From assembly GCA_965613025.1 (NCBI GenBank), contig CBFDUE010000001.1:80591-144590 (forward strand): a stretch of 64,000 nucleotides of DNA, given 5' to 3'. Shown here one piece after another: positions 36,018-44,378 of the stretch. Every line of letters begins with the position of its first letter. Position 1 is the stretch's first letter. This stretch comes from an uncultured bacterium. Its GTDB lineage: Bacteria; Desulfobacterota; DSM-4660; Desulfatiglandales; JALVMZ01. Under the pieces are notes generated by a model, which did not search any database, had not been told where the DNA came from, and saw nothing but the letters and a program-made list of their open reading frames with translations. A program made the translations under genes and the position numbers.

Positions 36018-36518
36018 ATGGAAAAGGCTGATATCTTAAAAGGAAAAAGGGTTCTTGTTGTTGATGATGAAAAAGACGTACTTAATACTGTAAAGGATAT
36101 CCTTTACATGTGTGAACTTGACCTTGCATCAAGCTTTGAAGAGGCAAAAGAGCGGCTTGAATCAAGACACTATGATTTAGTGGTATTGGATATCATGGGG
36201 GTAGATGGATACAGACTACTTGAGATATCAAAAAGAAAGAATATTCCTGCAGCCATGTTCACTGCCCATGCATTTAGTGCGGATAACCTTAAAAGATCAA
36301 TTAATGAAGGCGCTTGTGCCTATATACCTAAGGAGGAGATGAGTTCCCTTCCAGATTTTCTATCAGATATCTTTAAGGCAATAGAGGAAAGAAAAGATCC
36401 ATGGGAATCATGGAGAGAGAGGCTTCCCTCCTCCTATTTTGAGACAAGATGGGGTGCCGCCTGGAAGGATCAGGACAGAGACTTTTGGGAGAGATTCTGG
36501 TCAAGCAGAAAGAAGTAA
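36018..36518 (+). CDS. Stand-alone response-regulator receiver domain with Trp-rich C-terminal tail
   Basis: 166 aa. Complete acceptor set D16/D17 (VVDDE), D58 (VVLDIMG), T82 (MFTAH) and K105 (YIPKE). The 45-aa tail contains six Trp. No output domain. Confidence 0.8.
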   Translation: MEKADILKGKRVLVVDDEKDVLNTVKDILYMCELDLASSFEEAKERLESRHYDLVVLDIMGVDGYRLLEISKRKNIPAAMFTAHAFSADNLKRSINEGACAYIPKEEMSSLPDFLSDIFKAIEERKDPWESWRERLPSSYFETRWGAAWKDQDRDFWERFWSSRKK

Positions 36519-36530
36519 TAGTTACTGCGA

Positions 36531-37121
36531 ATGATGAAAAAAAGAATAGTAATTGGGATATCGGGTGCAAGTGGTGTAATTTATGGAATAAGGCTACTTG
36601 AAATTCTAAAAAAGATGGGCTCTTGGGAAACCCATCTTGTAATTACAGAGGCGGCAAAGAAAAATATAGAAATTGAAACAGATTATAGGTTAGAAGATGT
36701 GGAAGAGATGGCATCCTTTTCATACGCCCAGGATGACATGACAGCCCCCATATCCAGTGGTTCCTTTTTAACCGAAGGAATGGTGGTAATACCCTGTGCC
36801 ATAAAGAGTCTATCTGGAATCGCAAACTCCTTTAATACCAATCTGCTGGTGCGTGCAGCAGATGTGACTTTAAAAGAGAAAAGAAGACTGATTCTGGTGG
36901 TAAGAGAGACCCCTCTTCATATGGGACATTTAGAGCTTATGAAGAAGGCCGCTTTAATGGGAGCCATAATCCTGCCTCCCATTCCTTCCTTTTATCATCA
37001 ACCTAAAAGCATACAGGACATAATAGATCATATTATTGGGAAGATTTTGGATCATTTTAAAATAGAGCATCAACTCTATAAGAGATGGTCTGGTGTTAAA
37101 CAGAATAGGTTATCTTCTTAG
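36531..37121 (+). CDS. ubiX: Flavin prenyltransferase UbiX (prFMN synthase)
   Basis: 196 aa. KRIVIGISGASGVIYGIRLLEIL and VIPCAIKSLSGIANSF. Confidence 0.9.
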   Translation: MMKKRIVIGISGASGVIYGIRLLEILKKMGSWETHLVITEAAKKNIEIETDYRLEDVEEMASFSYAQDDMTAPISSGSFLTEGMVVIPCAIKSLSGIANSFNTNLLVRAADVTLKEKRRLILVVRETPLHMGHLELMKKAALMGAIILPPIPSFYHQPKSIQDIIDHIIGKILDHFKIEHQLYKRWSGVKQNRLSS

Positions 37122-37860
37122 ATATCTTATAAGAGGCCTTTTTTATCTCTCTTTTTAACAGCTCCATCTTATTATCATCAAGTGTTCTTTTAAAACCCAC
37201 AACCCATAAGGCAAAAGGAACACCTCTAATGATCTTTATAGGAGATGCCACTGCTCTAACCCCTATGAGATATTCTTCATAATCTGTGGCATAGTCCTTT
37301 TTGCGGACCTCTTTTAAGATCTGGATATAATGATCAGGATCAGTTATAGAATTGTCAGTAAATCTGGGTAGCCCCTTTCTATTAATAATATCTCTTGCTC
37401 TATTTTCATCCATCATGGAAAGGAAGACCTTCCCCACTGCGCCTGCAAATAGGGGAATACTTGTTCCTTTTGGTGAGATTATCCTTATATCCTGATCTGA
37501 CTCCACCACATCCACAATGGTGACCCTTTCCCCATTTAAGAAACCCAAAAATACCGTTTCCTGAACCTTTTCCATTAGCTCTTCCATAATGGGTCGTGCC
37601 ATATCTCTGATATCCATAAAGGCAAGGGTGGATCTGCTGAGTTCCATTAAGGCCATGCCCAGATAGAACTTCCTCTTTATGGGATCCTTATATAGAGCCC
37701 CCACTTCCTCCAAGGCATGGGTTATTCCATAAACTGTCCCCTTACTCATATTCAGTTCCCTTGCAATTTCACTTATACCTCTTCCATTCCTGCTTGTTCC
37801 AATATATCTCAATATCTCAAATGCCTTTCTTACTGAAGGGGCTCTATATCTTTTAGCCAT
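37096..37860 (-). CDS. IclR-family transcriptional regulator
   Basis: 254 aa. N-terminal wHTH (SVRKAFEILRYIGTS...GISEIARELNMSKGTVYGITHAL) and a C-terminal IclR effector domain. Its 3' end overlaps ubiX by 26 nt (convergent). Confidence 0.85.
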   Translation of the reverse strand: MAKRYRAPSVRKAFEILRYIGTSRNGRGISEIARELNMSKGTVYGITHALEEVGALYKDPIKRKFYLGMALMELSRSTLAFMDIRDMARPIMEELMEKVQETVFLGFLNGERVTIVDVVESDQDIRIISPKGTSIPLFAGAVGKVFLSMMDENRARDIINRKGLPRFTDNSITDPDHYIQILKEVRKKDYATDYEEYLIGVRAVASPIKIIRGVPFALWVVGFKRTLDDNKMELLKREIKKASYKISKKITYSV

Positions 37861-37928
37861 CGTTCTTTATGCTGAACAATAATTTAATCTGTATTTATTA
37901 TTAATTTACAAATATTGCAATATTTTTC

Positions 37929-37976
37929 TTGACAAAAGAAATATCAACTTTTATAGGTCAGTTCATAATAATGAAC
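37929..37976 (+). promoter_or_regulatory. Candidate promoter (TTGACA-17-TATAGG) followed by inverted repeat GTTCAT-AATA-ATGAAC
   Basis: -35 at 37929-37934 and -10 at 37952-37957. The dyad at 37961-37976 lies just before ATG 37981 and is a possible IclR operator. Confidence 0.35.
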
Positions 37977-37980
37977 TAAT

Positions 37981-38508
37981 ATGGATCGAGATATATTAAG
38001 AACAGAGATTCAACGACTCATTGAGGAAAACAGGCTCAATTACTGTCTTGAATGTGGCAAATGTTCAGCAATATGCCCGATGAATCAGTTCTACGAAGGA
38101 CTTGAATACAGATATTCACCCAGAGGGGTCATAGAAAAAGTGCTTTTTAACCCTGAAAGTGTATATGATAATGAGGATATCTGGTTCTGTCTGGCATGCA
38201 ACAGATGCACAGAGAAGTGCCCCTGTGGTATAGATTTTCATTCATTTATGACTTCCCTTAGAACCCTTCTCATTTCAAATGGATTTGATAAATATGGACA
38301 CTTCTGTTATAGATGTAAAAGCTATATTATGCCAAAGACAGAATATGAAATCTTGATCCAAGGAGATAAAGGCCGAATCTTAACGCCCTTATTACAGCTA
38401 TGTGATAGATGCAAAAAAGAGGAGTTTATAGAAAGTCTCTATATCTATAGCTCATGGCCAAAGAAAAATAAAAGAGAGGTGAAGGGATATGAAAAAGAAA
38501 AAGGTTAA
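37981..38508 (+). CDS. HdrC-like 2x[4Fe-4S] protein with C-terminal Zn-ribbon
   Basis: 175 aa. Two CX2CX2CX3CP motifs (CLECGKCSAICP, CLACNRCTEKCP) plus CYRC...CDRC. Confidence 0.6.
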   Translation: MDRDILRTEIQRLIEENRLNYCLECGKCSAICPMNQFYEGLEYRYSPRGVIEKVLFNPESVYDNEDIWFCLACNRCTEKCPCGIDFHSFMTSLRTLLISNGFDKYGHFCYRCKSYIMPKTEYEILIQGDKGRILTPLLQLCDRCKKEEFIESLYIYSSWPKKNKREVKGYEKEKG

Positions 38509-38764
38509 AGAAACCCTTTCATCATCACAAGAATTGAGTAAATCCAGGACCTTTGGAAAGGTCAGGTGTCACAATCCAAGCTGTATGGACAGGATTGAGC
38601 CTCCTCCTGGTGCAGATAGGGTAAAATGTCCCCGATGTGGAATGGAATATAGGCTTGTATGGGTTAATCCACAACTTCCCCGCATTAGGGGTCCTGTCTG
38701 GGAGGTAAATAGGAGGCTTGCAGAGGAGCGTATAAAACAGCTTCAGTCAGAGGGGCAGCTATAA
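38489..38764 (+). CDS. Small Zn-ribbon protein, unknown function
   Basis: 91 aa. CHNPSC...CPRCG four-Cys motif. Overlaps the upstream gene by 20 nt. Confidence 0.45.
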   Translation: MKKKKVKETLSSSQELSKSRTFGKVRCHNPSCMDRIEPPPGADRVKCPRCGMEYRLVWVNPQLPRIRGPVWEVNRRLAEERIKQLQSEGQL

Positions 38765-38790
38765 TTAGGAGGTTTAAAGGAGGAAATGCT

Positions 38791-40731
38791 ATGGCACTAA
38801 ATAGAAAGATAGCATATATCGATTTGAGTAAAGGAAGTGTGGAGATAAGATCCATCCCATTGGGAGTGAGAAGGAAGTTTCTGGGGGGAAGAGGCCTTGA
38901 TGCATATCTACTCTATAATCATACAGAAAAGGGATGCGATCCATTGGGACCAGATAATGTTCTCATAGTGAGTGCAGGATTACTTGCAGGGACATGTGCA
39001 TCTGCAACCGCTCGCAGCCATTTTATGGCCAAATCTCCATTGACCGGACTTATTGGAAGTGCAAATATGGGTGGATTTTTTGCACCAGAGCTTGCATGGG
39101 CAGGATTTCATCATTTAGTGATAAAGGGAAAGGCAAAGAAACCGGTATTTTTATGGATTCATAACGGAGAGATTGAGATAAGGGATGCCGAGTTCCTCTG
39201 GGGAAAGACCACGACTGAGACCCAATGGGCCATTAGGGATGCACTTGGAGATGAAGAGATCAAGAGTGCAGTGATTGGACCTGCTGGAGAAAATCTGGTC
39301 CGTTTTGCTAATGTCATGACGGGCTTTAAAAACGCTGCAGGCAGAACTGGTATGGGATGTGTGATGGGTTCAAAGAATCTTAAGGCCATTGCAGTAAGAG
39401 GCACAATGGATATAAAGATTGCCCATCCCATGGATGCCTTAGGATACAATAAGAAGTTTATTGAACAGATCACTAAGGCAAAGGTAAGTCAGACCCAGGG
39501 AAAACTTGGAACTCCTTTTATTTGGGGTGCAACTAATTGCTGGGGAGGAGTAAGAAACAGGAACTTTCAATATAATCAATTGGAATATGCTGATGAGGTA
39601 GAACCAGAGGCCATTGATGAAGCGGCCACTAAGACAATTGGCCCCTATCATATGACAGGCTGTTTTGCGTGTCAGGTGCACTGTCGTGGCCAATATCGTA
39701 TTCCGAGCGGCCCTTATAAAGGTGTCTATGATGAAGGACCTGAATATACCTCCATAGGTGCATTTTGTTCAGAGCCAGATTGTAGAAGTATTGAGACATT
39801 GCTTACAGGAAATCATTTAGTAAATCAATATGGTGTGGATAATCTCGAAATCGGAAGCCTTATCTCCTGGGCAATGGAGCTCTATGAAAAGGGAATTATT
39901 ACGGATAAAGAGACTGAGGGGCTGGATCTTCGCTTTGGAAATGATGAGGCTCTGTTGGAGATGGTCCACAGGATATGTAATCGTAAGGGATGGTTGGGCA
40001 ATGTCCTTGCAGATGGAGGTATTCCAGCAGCCAAAAAGATAGGAAAAGATTCCATCAAATACCTTGTCCATGTAAAAGGAATGCAGAATCTGCACTCAGA
40101 TGAAAGACCCACTCCTGCACTTGCCTTAGGAATTGCAACTGCAACAAGAGGTTCGGATCATTTAAGGAGCAGACCTGCAATAGACCTCTATCATCTTCCT
40201 GAACCGGTGCTCAGAAAGATCTATAGTAACCCCATCCCCTATGAAGGACCGCTCAGCTCTGAGCATACCTCTTATGAAGGGAAGGCATGGATGGTGTTTT
40301 GGCAGGAAAACTGCTATATGGCAGTAGATTGCTTAGGTATATGTAAATATCATACGGTATTCTTAGGTGCAACCCTTCCCAATTTTGAAGAGTGGACAAA
40401 GGTGATCTATTATAATACTGGTCTTGAATTTACTCCTCAAGAACTCTGGGAGATTGCTGAAAGATGTTATAATATTGAACGGCTCTTTAATCTCAGGGAA
40501 GGTCAGCGAAATGATGATCCTGCAAAGTGTGATTGGCTTGTGGATAGATATTTTGATGAACCATGTCTAAGGGGAGCCCCTGATGTAATTGGTGCCAAGA
40601 TTGATAGAGATAAATTTAAGAAGATGCTGGATGAATATTACCAGCATCATGGATGGGATGAAAACGGTGTGCCTACTGAAGAGACCCTTAAGAGATTGGG
40701 AATAGATAATGAACCCTCTCATCTTCTTTAA
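38791..40731 (+). CDS. Tungsten-type aldehyde:ferredoxin oxidoreductase family enzyme
   Basis: 646 aa. AOR N-terminal domain (FLGGRGLDAYLLY, SPLTGLIGSANMGGFFAPELAWAGF, GPAGENLVRFANV, GSKNLKAIAVRG). Middle and C-terminal regions GPEYTSIGAF and ATATRGSDHLRS. Confidence 0.85.
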   Translation: MALNRKIAYIDLSKGSVEIRSIPLGVRRKFLGGRGLDAYLLYNHTEKGCDPLGPDNVLIVSAGLLAGTCASATARSHFMAKSPLTGLIGSANMGGFFAPELAWAGFHHLVIKGKAKKPVFLWIHNGEIEIRDAEFLWGKTTTETQWAIRDALGDEEIKSAVIGPAGENLVRFANVMTGFKNAAGRTGMGCVMGSKNLKAIAVRGTMDIKIAHPMDALGYNKKFIEQITKAKVSQTQGKLGTPFIWGATNCWGGVRNRNFQYNQLEYADEVEPEAIDEAATKTIGPYHMTGCFACQVHCRGQYRIPSGPYKGVYDEGPEYTSIGAFCSEPDCRSIETLLTGNHLVNQYGVDNLEIGSLISWAMELYEKGIITDKETEGLDLRFGNDEALLEMVHRICNRKGWLGNVLADGGIPAAKKIGKDSIKYLVHVKGMQNLHSDERPTPALALGIATATRGSDHLRSRPAIDLYHLPEPVLRKIYSNPIPYEGPLSSEHTSYEGKAWMVFWQENCYMAVDCLGICKYHTVFLGATLPNFEEWTKVIYYNTGLEFTPQELWEIAERCYNIERLFNLREGQRNDDPAKCDWLVDRYFDEPCLRGAPDVIGAKIDRDKFKKMLDEYYQHHGWDENGVPTEETLKRLGIDNEPSHLL

Positions 40732-40743
40732 GGAGGAAAAGAA

Positions 40744-41247
40744 ATGGAAAAGGTGCTATTGATAGACTATGAAAAGTGTACAGGTTGCAGACTGTGTGAG
40801 CTTGTCTGCTCTGTGGTTCATGATGGAGTATCCAATCCAGAGAGGAGCAGAATAAGGATTATAAAGAAGGAAGAGGAAGGCCTGTATATCCCGGTAACCT
40901 GCAGGCAGTGTGAAGATGCCCCCTGTATGAATGTATGTCCTGTAAAGGCCATATCCAGAGACGAAGACTATGACTTTGTAAAGATTGACTATGACCTCTG
41001 TATTGGTTGTAGAAGCTGTGTAATGGTGTGTCCTTTTGGGGGTATGAACTATAATCCCATAGAGAGAAAGGTATTTAAGTGTGATCTTTGTGGTGGGGAT
41101 CCCCAGTGTGTAAGATTCTGTGAGGTAAAGGCGATTGATTTTGTAGATGCTGATAGAGTTAGCCTGCTCAAAAAACGAAAGACTGCAGATAAGGTGCTTA
41201 TCTCAAGGAAGGAAATCATTCCCTCCTCTCAAGAGATGTATATATAA
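40744..41247 (+). CDS. Polyferredoxin (multiple [4Fe-4S]) electron-transfer partner
   Basis: 167 aa. CTGCRLCELVC, CRQCEDAPCMNVCP, CIGCRSCVMVCP and CDLCGGDPQCVRFC cluster motifs. Confidence 0.8.
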   Translation: MEKVLLIDYEKCTGCRLCELVCSVVHDGVSNPERSRIRIIKKEEEGLYIPVTCRQCEDAPCMNVCPVKAISRDEDYDFVKIDYDLCIGCRSCVMVCPFGGMNYNPIERKVFKCDLCGGDPQCVRFCEVKAIDFVDADRVSLLKKRKTADKVLISRKEIIPSSQEMYI

Positions 41248-41268
41248 AAAATCCCCCTCCTTAACTAA

Positions 41269-41306
41269 AAGGGATGAAGAGCTTCCATTTCTTCATCCCT
41301 TTTAGA
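41269..41306 (+). terminator. Rho-independent terminator after the AOR operon
   Basis: AAGGGATGAAGA (41269-41280), 9-nt loop, TCTTCATCCCTT (41290-41301), then TTAGATT. A-run upstream. Confidence 0.65.
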
Positions 41307-41330
41307 TTATAATTGAAGGAGAAGATACCT

Positions 41331-42341
41331 ATGGGAAGTGTAAAAGATATGGTAAGGGTAAAAGGCAAGATAGGGAGATTTATCTTCTCTGATAGATACT
41401 CGGTCTTTGATTGGGGACAGATGCCAGATCTTATTGAAGACAAAGGGAAGTCTCTCTGTCTAAGTGCAGCATATTTCTTTGAAAGGCTGGAAGAGAGAGG
41501 ATTTAAGACACATTATATGGGGATTGTTGAAGATGGAAAGCCAAAGAGACTAAATGAGCTAAAAGCTCCACAGAGTATCATGCAATTTAGGCTATTTGAT
41601 GTGATAAAGCCGCTTAGGAATGATTCAGGATATGACTATTCTGTATTTAAGGATCTAAAAGGCGGTTTTCTTATCCCCTTGGAGATCATATACAGAAATG
41701 CCCTACCCCCTGGATCATCTGTATTTAAGAGGCTGAGAGAGGGAAAGCTTACTCCTCAAGATCTGGGTCTTACTGAGATGCCCAAAGAGGGGCAGATTCT
41801 GGAAAGTCCCATACTGGATGTATCCACCAAGCTGGAGGAGACCGATAGATACCTGAGTTGGGAGGAGGCAAAGTCCATAAGTGGTCTTACTGATAAGGAG
41901 ATGGATCAGATAAGGGAACTCACATTAAGCGCAAATTCCCTTATAAGTGAGTCTGTCTCCAGGATAGGACTCTTTAATGAAGATGGCAAATTTGAATTTG
42001 CGATGGATCAAGATAGATCCCTTGTATTTGTGGATGCCTTAGGAACCTTAGATGAATGTAGATTTACATTTAAGGGAATACCTGTTAGCAAAGAGATTGC
42101 AAGGATATATTATAGAAAGACCAATTGGTTTCAGGATGTGGAAAATGCTAAGAAAAGAGATATGATAAGATGGAAGAAATTGGTAAATTCTTCTCCCCCT
42201 CCCCTTCCAAGGGAACTTTACAATACCCTATGTGATATATATAGGGGATTTGTAAATGAATTAACCCAGAGAGAGTGGTTTAAGGTGCCTCCATTAAAAG
42301 ACAGCCTTAAAATAATAAAGGATTTTTTTACATCCCTATAA
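41331..42341 (+). CDS. purC: SAICAR-synthase-family protein (PurC-like, long form)
   Basis: Start moved to ATG 41331 (GGAG upstream). RFIFSDRYSVFDWG, IPLEIIYRN and EDGKFEFAM...VFVDALGTLDECRF fit the SAICAR_synt pattern. Confidence 0.65.
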   Translation: MGSVKDMVRVKGKIGRFIFSDRYSVFDWGQMPDLIEDKGKSLCLSAAYFFERLEERGFKTHYMGIVEDGKPKRLNELKAPQSIMQFRLFDVIKPLRNDSGYDYSVFKDLKGGFLIPLEIIYRNALPPGSSVFKRLREGKLTPQDLGLTEMPKEGQILESPILDVSTKLEETDRYLSWEEAKSISGLTDKEMDQIRELTLSANSLISESVSRIGLFNEDGKFEFAMDQDRSLVFVDALGTLDECRFTFKGIPVSKEIARIYYRKTNWFQDVENAKKRDMIRWKKLVNSSPPPLPRELYNTLCDIYRGFVNELTQREWFKVPPLKDSLKIIKDFFTSL

Positions 42342-42350
42342 CATTTTGCC

Positions 42351-42821
42351 TTACTTCGTTTGTAAGATACCCTCCAATTCATCAATTAAAGGGACCTGAT
42401 AAGAATGGATCTTTTCTCTTGCCATATCAAGTGTAAACCAATCAGCCCTATCTATCTCTGGAAATCTCTTGATCTTTCCTGACCTTGGAGGCCATTCCAT
42501 CTCAAAGGTATTGCTCTTAATGGCGTTAGGATCCACATCTCCTTCAAATGCCCAGGCATAGACTATCTTGCCTCCTTTTTGTCTTATAGGTGATAGGGGA
42601 ACAGGGTCTTTAAGCAACATATCCAGACCTGTCTCTTCCTTAAACTCCCTTATGGCAGCATTCAAAGGATCTTCACCCTCTTCAATCAGTCCCTTAGGGA
42701 TGGACCATGCTCCTCTATCTTTGTTTTTCCAAAAAGGCCCTCCAGGGTGCACCAATAAGACCTCTATTCCCTTGCCCTCTCTCTTTCTATAAAGCATAAT
42801 ACCTGCACTCTTTTTAGCCAT
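42351..42821 (-). CDS. NUDIX hydrolase
   Basis: Start moved to ATG 42821 (MAKKSAGIMLY..., AGGAGGGC upstream). NUDIX box GLIEEGEDPLNAAIREFKEETG. Confidence 0.85.
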   Translation of the reverse strand: MAKKSAGIMLYRKREGKGIEVLLVHPGGPFWKNKDRGAWSIPKGLIEEGEDPLNAAIREFKEETGLDMLLKDPVPLSPIRQKGGKIVYAWAFEGDVDPNAIKSNTFEMEWPPRSGKIKRFPEIDRADWFTLDMAREKIHSYQVPLIDELEGILQTK

Positions 42822-42908
42822 ATAAGCCCTCCTAAGGGATCTTGTAAAAATATAATACTTGACAACGATAATAAAACGATAATAAAAAGAACACAAAATA
42901 CTATAGGA

Positions 42909-42972
42909 GAGAGTTTCGAATTTTTCAGAGGGGTATAACCTCCAGTGTAAAAAGGGGTTATGTAAAGCTCTC
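42909..42972 (+). mobile_element. MITE-like repeat, copy 5 (short form: degenerate A fused to D)
   Basis: GAGAGTTTCGAATTTTTCAGAG-GGGTATAACCTCCAGTGTAAAAAGGGGTTATGTAAAGCTCTC. Flush 7-nt direct repeats TATAGGA at 42902-42908 and 42973-42979 (9 nt, CTATAGGAG, if the end bases are included). Confidence 0.7.
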
Positions 42973-43062
42973 TATAGGAGTATTTGAAGAGGGTTAATTA
43001 AATTAAGAGATTAGAATTTTTTATTAGTTAAATTTTAAAATCTAAACTTACGGGAGGGTGAT

Positions 43063-44370
43063 ATGAAGAATCGTTACTTTTTATTGGGAATGGGTCTTGT
43101 GGTGATCTTTTCATTTATCACATTAGCATTGGCTCAGGGAAATCCTCAGCTTACTCCTCCTGGTATGCCCCAGAAGATGAAAGCGGCCATTGAAAAGAGC
43201 CTGAAGGTAGAAAAGCAGGCGGAAAAGACAAAAAAGATAATAAAACCTGGGGCAAAACAGGGTTATTTGGGGATTCCTGGAGCCCCAAAGCCTAATCCCA
43301 TCGTTGGGCTTCTATGGGCTATATGGGTAGGATGGATATTTTCTACAGTGGGTGCATTTGGTGGAATAATGGCAGGAGTTGGACACATCACCATATTTGG
43401 TCTGGGAGACTATGCCAAGTCATTTGGTAAGGGGCACCCCGTAAATAAATTGTTAACAGATTCCATCAGGGTATCTAATCAATGGCTTGTGGGTCTAAGC
43501 GGTCTAATATCTTCCATAAATTATTACAGAATGGGAAGACTTGTGGCTCCTTTAGGTCTCTGCTTAGCTGTTGGTGGTATTGGTGGTTCCTGGCTTGTGC
43601 CTGTGATTACCGCAGGGAAGATATCCCTTAAGACCTATATAGGATGGTTTGGAATTGCAGTTTTTGCTATAGGCGCATATCTGATTTATCAATTAACCCC
43701 CGCATGGGCAGCCAAGAAAAAGGAGAGTCAGGCAGCTGCACAGGCATATGAAAAGGCCGTGAAAGAGAAGGCAGATACTAGGGAAAAGGGGGTTAGAATT
43801 ATAAAAGGCTCCTGGAGTTTAATGATAATTGCAATTTGCTGTGTCGTTGCCTCTACCCTCTGGATTAATCTTATAGGTGCTGCAAAATGGGTGGCCTTTA
43901 TCCTGCTACTAATTGGATGGGCTCTGACATTCTTCATGGGTAAGATAAGATTTACATTTTATGGGCAAGAGTGGGAATTCAGTCCCTGGGTTCCTATGCT
44001 TGGTGGAATCTTTATTGCCGCAATAGCTTCTTTCCTTGGAATTGGCGGTGGTTTCCTTTATGTGCCTTTCCTTACCTCTGTTACTGCAATTCCCATGTTT
44101 TTAGTGGCAGGGACCTCTGCCCTTGTGGTGCTGATTGGAATGATCATCTCTATTTTTACCTATATGGTGGGTAAAGGAGTGATTGTCTCCTGGGGTCTTA
44201 TTGGTGCAGAGCTTATCGGAATCTTTATAGGCTCCATGATAGGGCCAAGGACTTCCAAATATATCCCTGATAAGGTCCTCAGGATCATATTTATTGTCCT
44301 TGCCTTCTATGTCGGATTGCGTTACACCACAAAGGGATTCTTGGGACGTAGTATTGTTCCTCCATTTTAA
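43063..44370 (+). CDS. TauE/SafE-family (sulfite exporter-like) membrane protein with N-terminal signal peptide
   Basis: 435 aa, polytopic. GIGGGFLYVPFL-type motif. Long N-terminal extension. Confidence 0.65.
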   Translation: MKNRYFLLGMGLVVIFSFITLALAQGNPQLTPPGMPQKMKAAIEKSLKVEKQAEKTKKIIKPGAKQGYLGIPGAPKPNPIVGLLWAIWVGWIFSTVGAFGGIMAGVGHITIFGLGDYAKSFGKGHPVNKLLTDSIRVSNQWLVGLSGLISSINYYRMGRLVAPLGLCLAVGGIGGSWLVPVITAGKISLKTYIGWFGIAVFAIGAYLIYQLTPAWAAKKKESQAAAQAYEKAVKEKADTREKGVRIIKGSWSLMIIAICCVVASTLWINLIGAAKWVAFILLLIGWALTFFMGKIRFTFYGQEWEFSPWVPMLGGIFIAAIASFLGIGGGFLYVPFLTSVTAIPMFLVAGTSALVVLIGMIISIFTYMVGKGVIVSWGLIGAELIGIFIGSMIGPRTSKYIPDKVLRIIFIVLAFYVGLRYTTKGFLGRSIVPPF

Positions 44371-44378
44371 TAGACTCT

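Noticed and set aside
38791-41247. AOR plus ferredoxin pair as BamB/BamC (class II benzoyl-CoA reductase core).
   Set aside because: The size and partner are compatible, but the N-terminal motifs (FLGGRGLDAYLLY, GSKNLKAIAVRG) follow canonical aldehyde oxidoreductases as I recall them, rather than BamB. No BamDEFGHI-like genes follow. A tree would settle this.
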